From: Elusimicrobiota bacterium
Lineage (GTDB): Bacteria > Elusimicrobiota > Elusimicrobia > Elusimicrobiales > UBA9959
DNA: 28,058 bases
Reading direction: 5' to 3'
NCBI GenBank assembly: GCA_037137395.1
Contig: JBAXKK010000027.1
Span: forward strand, 1 to 28,058
In this document: one piece after another, positions 8,074 to 16,785 of the stretch
Layout: every line of letters begins with the position of its first letter
How positions within the stretch are numbered: position 1 is the first letter of the stretch
The notes under the pieces: generated by a model
Database searches by the model: none
What the model was told of the DNA's origin: nothing
The model's input: only the letters and a program-made list of their open reading frames with translations
Position numbers and translations under genes: made by a program

Positions 8074-11000
8074 CTACCTTACTACAACCACCCTCTTGCT
8101 CTGGTTTATGCCGCCGCCTTCTATTTTAATGGTGTATACGCCGCTGGAAACACGCTGGCCGGAATCGTTTTTACCGTCCCATTGGATAAGGTTCAGCCCG
8201 GCGCTTGAAGTCCCGTGATAAAGCTCTATAACCTTGCGGCCGATATTATTATAAACAGTGACGGTAATGGAAACCGGCGCGGTGGTGTTGAACGAAACAT
8301 TTGTCTTTTCGTTCTCCCCCGGCTTAAACACCCCGTGGTAGACCTTAACCTCCTGCGCCGGCGGCAGATCCGCGCCGATTACTACAGGGCCGGACTGTTC
8401 AGTGAGAGGCTCTCCGGCGGCCTGGCCGGCATAGAGGTCCAACGCGTCAAAGGAATAAACATACGCCCCGGCTGCCAGCGTTTTGGAAAGCGAATATATA
8501 ACCCCGGCATTATTAGCGCCGGAAACATAATTCATGGCAAACGGACTACCGCTTATATCCGCCCCGGATTTTTTAATCCGCACCCTGGGATATCCCGCCG
8601 ACGGGGCGTCATTATCGTCATCGGTGTATTTAACACGGAAGACATATGTATCTGTTGGATCGCCCTTAAGCGGATATAGCCCGGCAGTTGAGTAACTTGT
8701 TTCCCCTGTCCAGGCAAGCGCCGGAGCCTGGTTACTCACATCAGGCGCGTCAATTTGCGCGGTTGGCGTTCCTGTGGCGTCAACGCCATCGCTATCCTGC
8801 GCTTCAAAATAATAAGCGTAGTCCGTGCCGGGCAGTAAGGTTTTAGCATAAGTATAAAGCTTCCCATCGGTGTAAACCGTATCCCCGGCATCAGCTTCTG
8901 TCATCCCAAACGGACTACCGGTTATTTCCGTACCACCTTTCTTTATATGAAGCCGAGGGTAACCTGTATTTGGCGCCTGATTATCCGCATCAGTATATTT
9001 TACCCGGAACACGAGATTTGTATTCCTGTCGCCAGACTCCGGGTCGAGACCGTCGGCGGTGTAGTTAGCTTCCCCTGTCCAAGCCAAAGTGGGTGCATGA
9101 TTGGAGACAATAGGCCCGGAAACCGGAGTCAAAGGCGTCCCAGTGGCGTCGGCATTATAAGCATCCTGCGCTTCAAAATAATAGGTGTAATCAGAACCGG
9201 TATAAGTCAGCGATTTTGTATAGGTATAGGTAGCGCCACTGCCATTACTCCCGGAAACGAAATTCATTGTAAACGGACTGTCGCCAATTTCTACCCCGCC
9301 CTTTTTTATATGCAGTTTGGGATAGCCGGAATATGGCGCATCACTATCCGTGTCCGAATATTTCACCCGGAAAACAAAACTTGTTGTCAGATCACCCGTG
9401 TTTGGACTAATTCCGTCCGAGCTGTAGCTGGTCTCTCCGGTCCAAGCTAAAGTAGGAGCCGCGTTCGTTACGCTCGGCCCAGACATTATTATGACTGATG
9501 TACCGGTAGAGACAGCATTATAAACATCCTGCGCCTCGAAATAATAAGTGTAGTCCGTCCCAGTAGAAGTCAGAATTTTGGAATAAGTATAAGTAGAGCC
9601 AGCAGCCGGCGTACCGGAAACAAAGTTCATAGCAAACGGGCTCCCGGACAGTTCCGCAGAATTTTTAAGCACATGCACTAAAGGATAATCCATTGCGGGG
9701 GCATCGCCATCTAAATCCTTATATTTAACACGGAAAATAAAAGTTGATCCGGCATGAGCGCCACTTGGGGCCAGACCAGTGGCTGTATAATTAACTTCAC
9801 CCGTCCAAGCCAGAGTCGGCGTGCTGTTCGTCACGCTCGGCCCGTTCATTATTACAACGGGCGTGCCAGTAGAAACAGCGTTATAGGCGTCCTGTGCCTC
9901 GAAATAATACGTGTAATCCGTCCCGGTAGAAGTCAGGACTTCGGAATAAGCATAAATAGAGCCAGCTACCGGCGTACCGGAAACAAAACTCATAGCAAAC
10001 GGACTACCGGAGATTTCAGCCTCGCCCTTTTTCACATGAAGTTTGGGATAACCTGATGCCGGAGCATCATTATCTGCATCGGAATATTTAACGCGGAAAA
10101 TAACAGTTGAATTGATATGGGCAGTGCCAGGCTCCACGCCATCCGCCGTGTAGTTTACCTCACTGGTCCAAGTTAAAACCGGCGCCACATTAGTCACACT
10201 GGGACCAGACATTATTACTACCGGTGTGCCGGTAGAAACGCCATTATAATCGTCTTGGGCCTCAAAATAATACGTGTAATCCGTTCCGGTAGAAGTCAGA
10301 ACTTTGGAATAAGCATAAATAGCGCCGTTTACTGGTTCTCCCGAAAAAAGAATCATGGCGAATGGACTACTGGCCAGTTCTATGGAATTTTTGAGCACAT
10401 GAACTAACGGATACCCTGAGGCGGGGGCATCACCATCTGAATCTTTATATTTAACGCGGAAAATAAAAGTTGCTCCGGCATGGGCAGTATTAGGCCCCAA
10501 ACCATCGGTCGTATAATTAATTTCCCCGGTCCAAATCAATACTGGTGAATAATTTAAAAGTTTTGCGTATCGCAAGTCTGCGCTTTCGTAGTTGCCATAA
10601 ACAATATGAGGATTATTGCCGGAATCAAGAGCCATGCAAGCAATACTTCCAGAATTAAGCCCATTCGACTCAACTATATGGGTCGACCAGGAAGACCCAT
10701 TCCAGTTCGCATAGTTTATGCTATTAGAGTGGTAATAAGAAATATGCGGGTTATTACTGACATCAAGCGCAAGTGAGATAGCTGCATATCCACCCGACGC
10801 ATAATCAATCGACTGGATTGACCAGACAGAACCGGTCCATTTTGCGTATTTTAGATTGTTACCCCTATAAGCAATATGTGGATTATTGCCGGAATCAAGA
10901 GCGATTGAAGTGTATCCTCCCACATCTCCTAATGAATCAACCGTCTGTGTTGACCAAGAAGTTCCGGTCCACTTTGCGTATTTCAAATCACCATTTGTTG

Positions 11001-11586
11001 CATCATAATAAGAAATGTTGGGGTTATTGCTGGGATCAAGCGCTATTGAAGTGTATTGCCCTACATTACCTATTGAATCGACTGTCTGTGTTGACCAAGA
11101 AGTTCCGGTCCACTTCGCGTATTTCAAATCACCATTTGCAACATCGTAATAAGAAATATGCGGGTTATTGCCGGAATCAAGAGCGATTGAGGTGTAAGTA
11201 CCCACATCCCCCACTGAATCAATCGTCTGTATTGACCAGGCAGAACCGGTCCATTTTGCGTATTTTAGATCACCATTTGTGACATCGTAATAAGAAATAT
11301 GCGGGTTATTGCCAGAATCAAGAGCGATTGAGGTGTAATAGCCTGCCCACCCCACTGAATCGACCGTCTGAACTGACCAGGCAGAACCGGTCCATTTTGC
11401 GTATTTTAGATCACCATTTGCACTGTGATACCCATCGTAATATGAGATATGCGGGTTATTACTGGAATCAAGAGCTATAGACAGGTATTCTCCCTCTCCC
11501 GTTGAATCAACCGTCTGGATTGACCAACCGGCAAAAGCCGGGCCAGCAAACAAAAACAATGACAAAATAAATAATTCAATTTTCAT
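8074..11586 (-). CDS. Large secreted/surface protein: 7-bladed propeller repeats, six ~122-aa Ig-like repeats, C-terminal FlgD-Ig (T9SS sorting-like) domain
   Basis: Signal peptide; 7x TSIALDSGNNPHISYYD...LKYAKW; 6x PTLAWTGE.NY..DG..P...F.FRVKY.D.D.DAP..GYP; C-terminal VTVYNNIGRKVIEL...IQWDGKNDSGQRVSSGVYTIKI...KRVVVVR. Confidence 0.9.
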   Translation of the reverse strand: MKIELFILSLFLFAGPAFAGWSIQTVDSTGEGEYLSIALDSSNNPHISYYDGYHSANGDLKYAKWTGSAWSVQTVDSVGWAGYYTSIALDSGNNPHISYYDVTNGDLKYAKWTGSAWSIQTIDSVGDVGTYTSIALDSGNNPHISYYDVANGDLKYAKWTGTSWSTQTVDSIGNVGQYTSIALDPSNNPNISYYDATNGDLKYAKWTGTSWSTQTVDSLGDVGGYTSIALDSGNNPHIAYRGNNLKYAKWTGSVWSIQSIDYASGGYAAISLALDVSNNPHISYYHSNSINYANWNGSSWSTHIVESNGLNSGSIACMALDSGNNPHIVYGNYESADLRYAKLLNYSPVLIWTGEINYTTDGLGPNTAHAGATFIFRVKYKDSDGDAPASGYPLVHVLKNSIELASSPFAMILFSGEPVNGAIYAYSKVLTSTGTDYTYYFEAQDDYNGVSTGTPVVIMSGPSVTNVAPVLTWTSEVNYTADGVEPGTAHINSTVIFRVKYSDADNDAPASGYPKLHVKKGEAEISGSPFAMSFVSGTPVAGSIYAYSEVLTSTGTDYTYYFEAQDAYNAVSTGTPVVIMNGPSVTNSTPTLAWTGEVNYTATGLAPSGAHAGSTFIFRVKYKDLDGDAPAMDYPLVHVLKNSAELSGSPFAMNFVSGTPAAGSTYTYSKILTSTGTDYTYYFEAQDVYNAVSTGTSVIIMSGPSVTNAAPTLAWTGETSYSSDGISPNTGDLTTSFVFRVKYSDTDSDAPYSGYPKLHIKKGGVEIGDSPFTMNFVSGSNGSGATYTYTKSLTYTGSDYTYYFEAQDAYNADATGTPLTPVSGPIVSNHAPTLAWTGEANYTADGLDPESGDRNTNLVFRVKYTDADNQAPNTGYPRLHIKKGGTEITGSPFGMTEADAGDTVYTDGKLYTYAKTLLPGTDYAYYFEAQDSDGVDATGTPTAQIDAPDVSNQAPALAWTGETSYSTAGLYPLKGDPTDTYVFRVKYTDDDNDAPSAGYPRVRIKKSGADISGSPFAMNYVSGANNAGVIYSLSKTLAAGAYVYSFDALDLYAGQAAGEPLTEQSGPVVIGADLPPAQEVKVYHGVFKPGENEKTNVSFNTTAPVSITVTVYNNIGRKVIELYHGTSSAGLNLIQWDGKNDSGQRVSSGVYTIKIEGGGINQSKRVVVVR
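10560..11527 (-). repeat. Intragenic tandem repeats with ~141-nt period (propeller blades)
   Basis: Near-identical DNA units such as gaccaggcagaaccggtccattttgcgtattttagatcaccatttg recur at about 141-nt spacing. Confidence 0.9.
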
Positions 11587-11587
11587 A

Positions 11588-12706
11588 TTAAATCCACCCG
11601 CAATTAAGCCATCTATTCACGGAAGGACATACACTAGGCAAACAAACATCCCCGTTAATAAAGGTGTTTAAATTCATTTTTGCTATTTTCACATATTTTG
11701 GATTAATTTTTTTAAAATATCTTTTCCCTACAGATGCGATTATGTAACGGGCATGCAAAAACTCAAGCCGATCATCCCAATGCGTTCCATGGTGAGGCGG
11801 GATTAAAAAAAGGGCGCCCCTTTTCCTTTTATGCAATAAGATGCCAACGACTTGCTTTATCTCATCCCCTTCCAAATCCCCCATAAAAAGAAAACCTCTA
11901 TCACTGTATAAAGCTAAACTGAAGTGATTTGCTGCTTTTCTCAATGCCTTATTAGCTTTTTTTAGAAGGCTTATTCGCAGATTGTTTTCCTCTTCACTCT
12001 CCAAATTCGAGAGATTCTTTTTGACATCCGATCTCTCTCCCTTATCCATCTTCTCAAAATTACGCTGCAGATTCTTGAATCCCATATCAGTCCCATCAAG
12101 GTAACAATCTATTATATTACCGTCCTTAATAGCAGCATAGATTTCTGCAAGCCTCTGATCTTTTTCTTTTGCCTTATTAAAACTATCTATGGCGATTTCC
12201 ACATCAACGCACACCCCGGACCATTTCCGAGGAGGCCAGAGAATCTCCATGTTTGAATCACCTACTGGAATTTTTTCACCACCCGATACTGACCGGAATT
12301 TAGCAAAACCCTGGGGGTTCAACTTACACATGAGAGAATAAAAATCTAACTCCATACTTCCTGTTTTATCCCCTAACATGAACAAATTCATCGCCATCGC
12401 GCATGTTAAGAATTGCTTCCTAGCGCCGTCACGCATATCAGGGATTCGAGGGAAATATACTTCTTCAATGCTAAATTTTGGTGCCGATTTATTTGCGTTA
12501 CGAACCAACCCGTTATAATGATCCGAATGAAAGTGTGAAAGAAAAAACACTTTAGGATTTATATTTACTAAACCTTTATGAAATGCTTTTTCTGGATATT
12601 CAGAACTTCCACAATCAATCTGGCACGTGAAATCCGAATCCGGAGCCACCCCTACGGCTAACCCATGACCGACATCTGGAATATAAATTTTCATTAAATT
12701 CATCAC
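11588..12706 (-). CDS. Metallo-beta-lactamase-fold hydrolase (ComEC/Rec2-like)
   Basis: DVGHG, IDCGS, SHFHSDHYNG (HxHxDH), FMGD and PPHHGT motifs; AT-rich. Confidence 0.88.
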   Translation of the reverse strand: MMNLMKIYIPDVGHGLAVGVAPDSDFTCQIDCGSSEYPEKAFHKGLVNINPKVFFLSHFHSDHYNGLVRNANKSAPKFSIEEVYFPRIPDMRDGARKQFLTCAMAMNLFMLGDKTGSMELDFYSLMCKLNPQGFAKFRSVSGGEKIPVGDSNMEILWPPRKWSGVCVDVEIAIDSFNKAKEKDQRLAEIYAAIKDGNIIDCYLDGTDMGFKNLQRNFEKMDKGERSDVKKNLSNLESEEENNLRISLLKKANKALRKAANHFSLALYSDRGFLFMGDLEGDEIKQVVGILLHKRKRGALFLIPPHHGTHWDDRLEFLHARYIIASVGKRYFKKINPKYVKIAKMNLNTFINGDVCLPSVCPSVNRWLNCGWI

Positions 12707-12803
12707 ATAAGAAGATGGTTTGTCAATTCCCCCAAGAAACGCAAAGTGAAAGTGTCTAGCGATTTTTATTTACCCAACAGCATAACCCTCACCGAAAGAC
12801 CCA

Positions 12804-13088
12804 TCAGCAACCTTTCCAATCAACACCCTTATATATTTTGTTGAATTTCGCTTCACAAAACTTTTTCGCATCGTCTTCGTTGTTGAATTTCCCTTGATGG
12901 AGGATATGCGCTGAATATTGAGAATCCTTCTCCGCAATGCTTCCATACCAGACATTATCCTCAAACTTTACATCCATGTTAGCATGACCTGATTGAACCG
13001 CTTCCCGTATAGCATTTGTGATAGCCACTTCAGCATCCTGAGAGACATCAATATAAATTTCTTTGTTCCCAATCCTATATGTCTTCAT
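12804..13088 (-). CDS. Hypothetical protein, 94 aa
   Basis: AAGGAG RBS upstream of the ATG; protein-like composition; co-oriented within the AT-rich block. Confidence 0.65.
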   Translation of the reverse strand: MKTYRIGNKEIYIDVSQDAEVAITNAIREAVQSGHANMDVKFEDNVWYGSIAEKDSQYSAHILHQGKFNNEDDAKKFCEAKFNKIYKGVDWKGC

Positions 13089-13196
13089 AAGCCTTCTCCT
13101 TAATCTTTACTTAATTCTTTTCCGAAACACATTACGGGAGTCATAAGAGCCGCCACTTAAATGCTTAAATCCCACAATTTTCTCTCCTATCCGAAC

Positions 13197-13226
13197 ATCC
13201 CAGCCCCGGGATACCGGGGCTGGGAT
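13197..13226. terminator. Perfect 13-bp GC hairpin after the lipoprotein gene
   Basis: atcccagccccgg-gata-ccggggctgggat; marks the edge of the AT-rich block; no strong U tract. Confidence 0.55.
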
Positions 13227-13234
13227 AAACTGAT

Positions 13235-13855
13235 TTACTTCATCAATGCCGCTATTTTCGCTTTGTCGGCGGATTCTTTCTGCCTTACTGAGTCCAGATC
13301 TTTCTGCAGATCGTCCTGCACGGTTTTTATCTGCGCTTCTATGAAGTATTTTTTCAGGATATTTTCGTTGTTCAGGCGCTGGGTGGCCCATTTTTCGGCG
13401 GTGGCGGCGCTGTAAAGAATGCGCACCCAATAACGGCCGCTGGCTTTATCCACCAGTTCCTGGCTCTGCCAGGGGCCGCGCAGTTCGGTGTCCACTATGC
13501 TTTTCTGCATAGTTTTCATTTCCTCTATGGACATTGCTTCGTTATAATCCGTCTTTTTATATTCGGACCAATCGGCCATGGTGCGTTTCCAGACAGCTTC
13601 AACCTTTGACTGCACTTTGCGCGCCAAATCAGCCTGCGCTGAAGTTACCGCGGCTTCCCGCATAAGCGTGAAGTTTGACCGCTTTTCAGAGGTGCCTATA
13701 CCCGTAAGCACGGTCCCGTCAGCCTCTTCCGCCAAAGCCTTGAACGGAGTGGCCTGCACAAACTGATCTTCGCTTCCGACAATAACTTTATTTCCCCCGC
13801 AGGCGGCCAGCAACGGCATTACAACCGCCAATAACACGATTCCGGTATTTTTCAT
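13235..13855 (-). CDS. Lipoprotein, LPP20-like
   Basis: Lipobox LLAAC; TGIGTSE...MREAAVTSAQADLARKVQSKVEA is LPP20-like; GGAGG RBS. Confidence 0.75.
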   Translation of the reverse strand: MKNTGIVLLAVVMPLLAACGGNKVIVGSEDQFVQATPFKALAEEADGTVLTGIGTSEKRSNFTLMREAAVTSAQADLARKVQSKVEAVWKRTMADWSEYKKTDYNEAMSIEEMKTMQKSIVDTELRGPWQSQELVDKASGRYWVRILYSAATAEKWATQRLNNENILKKYFIEAQIKTVQDDLQKDLDSVRQKESADKAKIAALMK

Positions 13856-13896
13856 TTTTCCTCCATTGAGTTTTAATTTTTACAAATCCGAATTTA

Positions 13897-13927
13897 TGGT
13901 TCCCGGCTTACAGACTGCCGGGATGAC
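13897..13927. repeat. Small palindromic REP-like element (GTCATCCCGGC...GCCGGGAACCA type)
   Basis: tggttcccggc-ttacagact-gccgggatgac; stem tcccggc/gccggga with TGG...ATGAC ends, like widespread GTCATYCC-type intergenic palindromes. Confidence 0.55.
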
Positions 13928-13943
13928 AGCTATTGTGCCAAGA

Positions 13944-14948
13944 CTATTTACTTTTTACTCCGTAAATTATTATCTGCTGCGTCCAGTCCGCGCGGCTGAA
14001 TCTGGACAATTTGGTTACCAGATCCTTAACCCCGCCCAGCGAATAGCTTATAAAGCCGCCGTTCTTTTCCTCTTTGAGGCTGTCCAATAGAACCAGCGGC
14101 TGGCTTTTAGTGGCGATGACATGCAGGATCTCTCCGGTCTCTGGGCGGCCTTGGGGCAGCAGGGCTTTAAGCTGAAAAGGGAGATCGTCCGGGATATTGA
14201 GATCTTTTCCGGCCGCCAAAAAATTATTTCTGGCATGGCGGTTGGGGAAAACAAGGGAGACATTGCCGTCCTCGTCGCAATTCAGAACGGTTATATAGGC
14301 GTCCTTGGTCAGGCGCACCCTCAGGTTGACATTGTCCCCCTCAAAATAGGCAGGTTTGCCCAGAGCGGCCTGCAACTCAAAATTGGGGTCAGGGTCGCCC
14401 TTAAAATACACCTTGCCGCGTATCCGCACGAGACATTTGTAAATGTCTCCGGAAAGCGAACAGACGGCAGGGGCCGCTTTCTCATAAGACACCAGAGCGT
14501 TGGACCAGACACTAATATATTTACCTATGAACGAGTAACTGGTCTTAGCGGTCTCTTCCATAACACCTTGGAAGCCGGAATACACATTTACGCCGGATTC
14601 CCGCACAGCTTTTGATAAAGCGTCTTCCTCGGCGCGCTTCTCCGCGTCTATAGGCCGCTCGTATTTGGTGGAGATGCCCTCGCCTGAGGCTTCAAACTCA
14701 AACTCACCTGAGGTCTGTTTTATAACTTTAACGCTTTCGCCGGCCGACTGCGGTCTGGGATCAGAAGCAGTTTCGCCGACGCCGTGTTTAGCGCTGATTT
14801 CGGCGCTCAGTTCGCGTTCAACGGCCTCGGTTTTGGACATGATCCCGCGGTCATCGGAGACAAAAACGTTTCTCTTGACCGGTTTTGGACCGGCACAGGC
14901 TGATAAAAAGACAAAAAAAGAGAGAACCAGGCAGGTTCTTTTATTCAT
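13944..14948 (-). CDS. Lipoprotein with C-terminal DUF4384-like domain
   Basis: Probable start MNKRTCL (14948) with lipobox FLSAC; YFEGDNVNLRVRLTKDAYITVLNCDEDGNVSLVFPN...IP...GEILHVIATK fits the DUF4384 pattern. Confidence 0.82.
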   Translation of the reverse strand: MNKRTCLVLSFFVFLSACAGPKPVKRNVFVSDDRGIMSKTEAVERELSAEISAKHGVGETASDPRPQSAGESVKVIKQTSGEFEFEASGEGISTKYERPIDAEKRAEEDALSKAVRESGVNVYSGFQGVMEETAKTSYSFIGKYISVWSNALVSYEKAAPAVCSLSGDIYKCLVRIRGKVYFKGDPDPNFELQAALGKPAYFEGDNVNLRVRLTKDAYITVLNCDEDGNVSLVFPNRHARNNFLAAGKDLNIPDDLPFQLKALLPQGRPETGEILHVIATKSQPLVLLDSLKEEKNGGFISYSLGGVKDLVTKLSRFSRADWTQQIIIYGVKSK

Positions 14949-15008
14949 TTTTCCGGATCCCAACCCCGTTTCCAGGAGCATGCAGAAGCTTTATAGTCGC
15001 CAGTGTCA

Positions 15009-15037
15009 ATTACACAAAAACAACAACTACAAGTCAA
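15009..15037 (-). promoter_or_regulatory. Putative sigma70 promoter of the lipoprotein cluster
   Basis: Minus strand TTGACT-17 nt-TGTAAT in the region divergent from the XRE gene. Confidence 0.45.
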
Positions 15038-15140
15038 TAGCCTAATCCACTGGTGTATTATGGCTTTACACTTATGGAAACTTTAAAATCATCAAGGAGA
15101 GTAATAGCGGCGAACTTGCGGTTTTGATGGCGGAGGAAGG

Positions 15141-15488
15141 ATGTCCCAAAGCATTTATGATATTGTGGGTGAAAGAATTCGCGAGGAAAGGAAAACGGCG
15201 GGGCTAACCATTGAGCGCCTGGCTGAACTGGCGCATATAAGTTCAAGTTTTCTGGCCTATATTGAAACCAAAGGCAGAAAGGCGAGTCTTGAAACCATAC
15301 AGAAACTGGCCGAGGCCCTTAGAATCCCGGTAGCCAAATTATTTGAAACCACCCCCGGCCCCGCCAAAGACACGATCTACGCGGCCACCCGGAAATTTGC
15401 CCAGCTTATCCGGGATAAAAACGTCAAAGAGACCTCGGGGATCCTTGAAGTGGCGAAAGCCGCCGCCAGGCATATGCGCAGGAAATAA
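15141..15488 (+). CDS. XRE-family helix-turn-helix transcriptional regulator
   Basis: VGERIREERKTAGLTIERLAELAHISSSFLAYIETKGRKASLETIQKLAEAL; GGAGG RBS. Confidence 0.92.
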   Translation: MSQSIYDIVGERIREERKTAGLTIERLAELAHISSSFLAYIETKGRKASLETIQKLAEALRIPVAKLFETTPGPAKDTIYAATRKFAQLIRDKNVKETSGILEVAKAAARHMRRK

Positions 15489-15523
15489 ACCCGCCGCCGG
15501 AACCGCCGCGGCGCGCTAAAATA

Positions 15524-16702
15524 TCATTCCGCCTGCTCGCCCGACACCCGCAGGCCGAAAGTCCGCCAATCCACCGCCGAACCAAAACCTCTTTTCTGGA
15601 ACTCCGTCCCGGCATATACCAGCATACTTTCAACCGACTTTTTTTCAGCCAGTTTTTTAAAGTATTTCAGGCCTTTAAACTGCTCTTCATAGATAGTTGC
15701 GGCGGATTTTATCTCCAGGGCGGTTATTTTCCGCCCTTTATCAATAAGACAGTCCACCTCGTTACCCACATGATCGCGCCAAAAATACAGATTGCTGCGC
15801 CGCCCGCCGTTGAAAAGGTTTTTAAGGAGTTCCCCCAACACCCAGGCCTCAAAGATATACCCGCGCATGGGGTGTACGGCAAGCTCCCGCGCTTTTTGTA
15901 TACCAAGCAGATGGCAAAGCAGGCCTGTGTCGTAAAAATACAGTTTGGGACTTTTCATAAGCCTTTTACCCATATTTTCAAAATGCGGCGGCAGCAGATG
16001 GACTATATAACAGGTCTGAAGAATAGAGAGCCAGGCTTTGGCCGTACCGTGATTAATGCCGCAATCGTTGCCCAGCGAGGTTAGATTCACAAGCTGTCCG
16101 CAGCGGGCGGCGCACATTTTAAGGAACACCTGGAACTTGTGAAGGTCCGCCACTTTCAGCACCTGTCGTATGTCCCGTTCGACATAAGTGGCCACATAGC
16201 CGGAGAAAAACTCCTCCGGGGTAAGTTTTTTATCGTATAGTCTGGGGTATCCGCCTTTAAAAAGGACCTCCTCCAGCGTGCCGGGCAGGCGCCGCGCGGC
16301 GCCAAGCTCCGCGCACGAAAAAGGCAGGAGATTTAAAAGCGCCACGCGCCCGGCCAGAGATTGCGAAACGCTCTCAAGCAGCATAAGATTATTGGAGCCG
16401 GTCAATATAAACATCCCGTTGCGCCCGCTCTCATCCACGATTGTCTGGATATACGACAAAAGCGAGGGAACCCTTTGAATTTCGTCAAATATGACCGGAG
16501 CGTTATACTGCGCCAGAAACAAGCGCGGATCGCGCAGGGCGAACTCCCTCGTGTCCAGGTTCTCCAGCGACACATACTTATACCCGGGAAAAGCGCCGCG
16601 CACCAGCGTGGTCTTTCCGGACTGTCTGGGGCCGGTTACGGCCACCACGGGGGACTTCCCCGCCAGCGCCTTCAACTTCATTTCCATTGAGCGTTTTATC
16701 AT
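15524..16702 (-). CDS. AAA-14 ATPase with DUF4143 domain
   Basis: GPRQSGKTT Walker A, IFDEIQ Walker B, LTGS, SLAGR, GGYP, KSPKLYFYDTGL, EVD...EIKS. Confidence 0.93.
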   Translation of the reverse strand: MIKRSMEMKLKALAGKSPVVAVTGPRQSGKTTLVRGAFPGYKYVSLENLDTREFALRDPRLFLAQYNAPVIFDEIQRVPSLLSYIQTIVDESGRNGMFILTGSNNLMLLESVSQSLAGRVALLNLLPFSCAELGAARRLPGTLEEVLFKGGYPRLYDKKLTPEEFFSGYVATYVERDIRQVLKVADLHKFQVFLKMCAARCGQLVNLTSLGNDCGINHGTAKAWLSILQTCYIVHLLPPHFENMGKRLMKSPKLYFYDTGLLCHLLGIQKARELAVHPMRGYIFEAWVLGELLKNLFNGGRRSNLYFWRDHVGNEVDCLIDKGRKITALEIKSAATIYEEQFKGLKYFKKLAEKKSVESMLVYAGTEFQKRGFGSAVDWRTFGLRVSGEQAE

Positions 16703-16708
16703 ATATAA

Positions 16709-16744
16709 ATATTACAAATAGCGAATCCGATTGTCAATCTGTAA
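16709..16744 (-). promoter_or_regulatory. Sigma70 promoter, probably leaderless, with an overlapping inverted repeat
   Basis: TTGACA-17-TAATAT with the ATG 6 nt after the -10; ttacaaat (16712-16719) and atctgtaa (16737-16744) form an imperfect inverted repeat. Confidence 0.6.
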
Positions 16745-16785
16745 GGATTTACCCGCCTCCTTAAAATATGTGTTGTTTCAAGGCT

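Noticed and set aside
10560..11527. CRISPR-like or DGR-like repeats
   Set aside because: In-frame 141-nt coding repeats with no spacer structure, no cas or RT gene, and no adenine-specific variation evident.
12707..13234. Integron attC sites around the AT-rich genes
   Set aside because: No convincing RYYYAAC...GTTRRRY paired boxes and no integrase.
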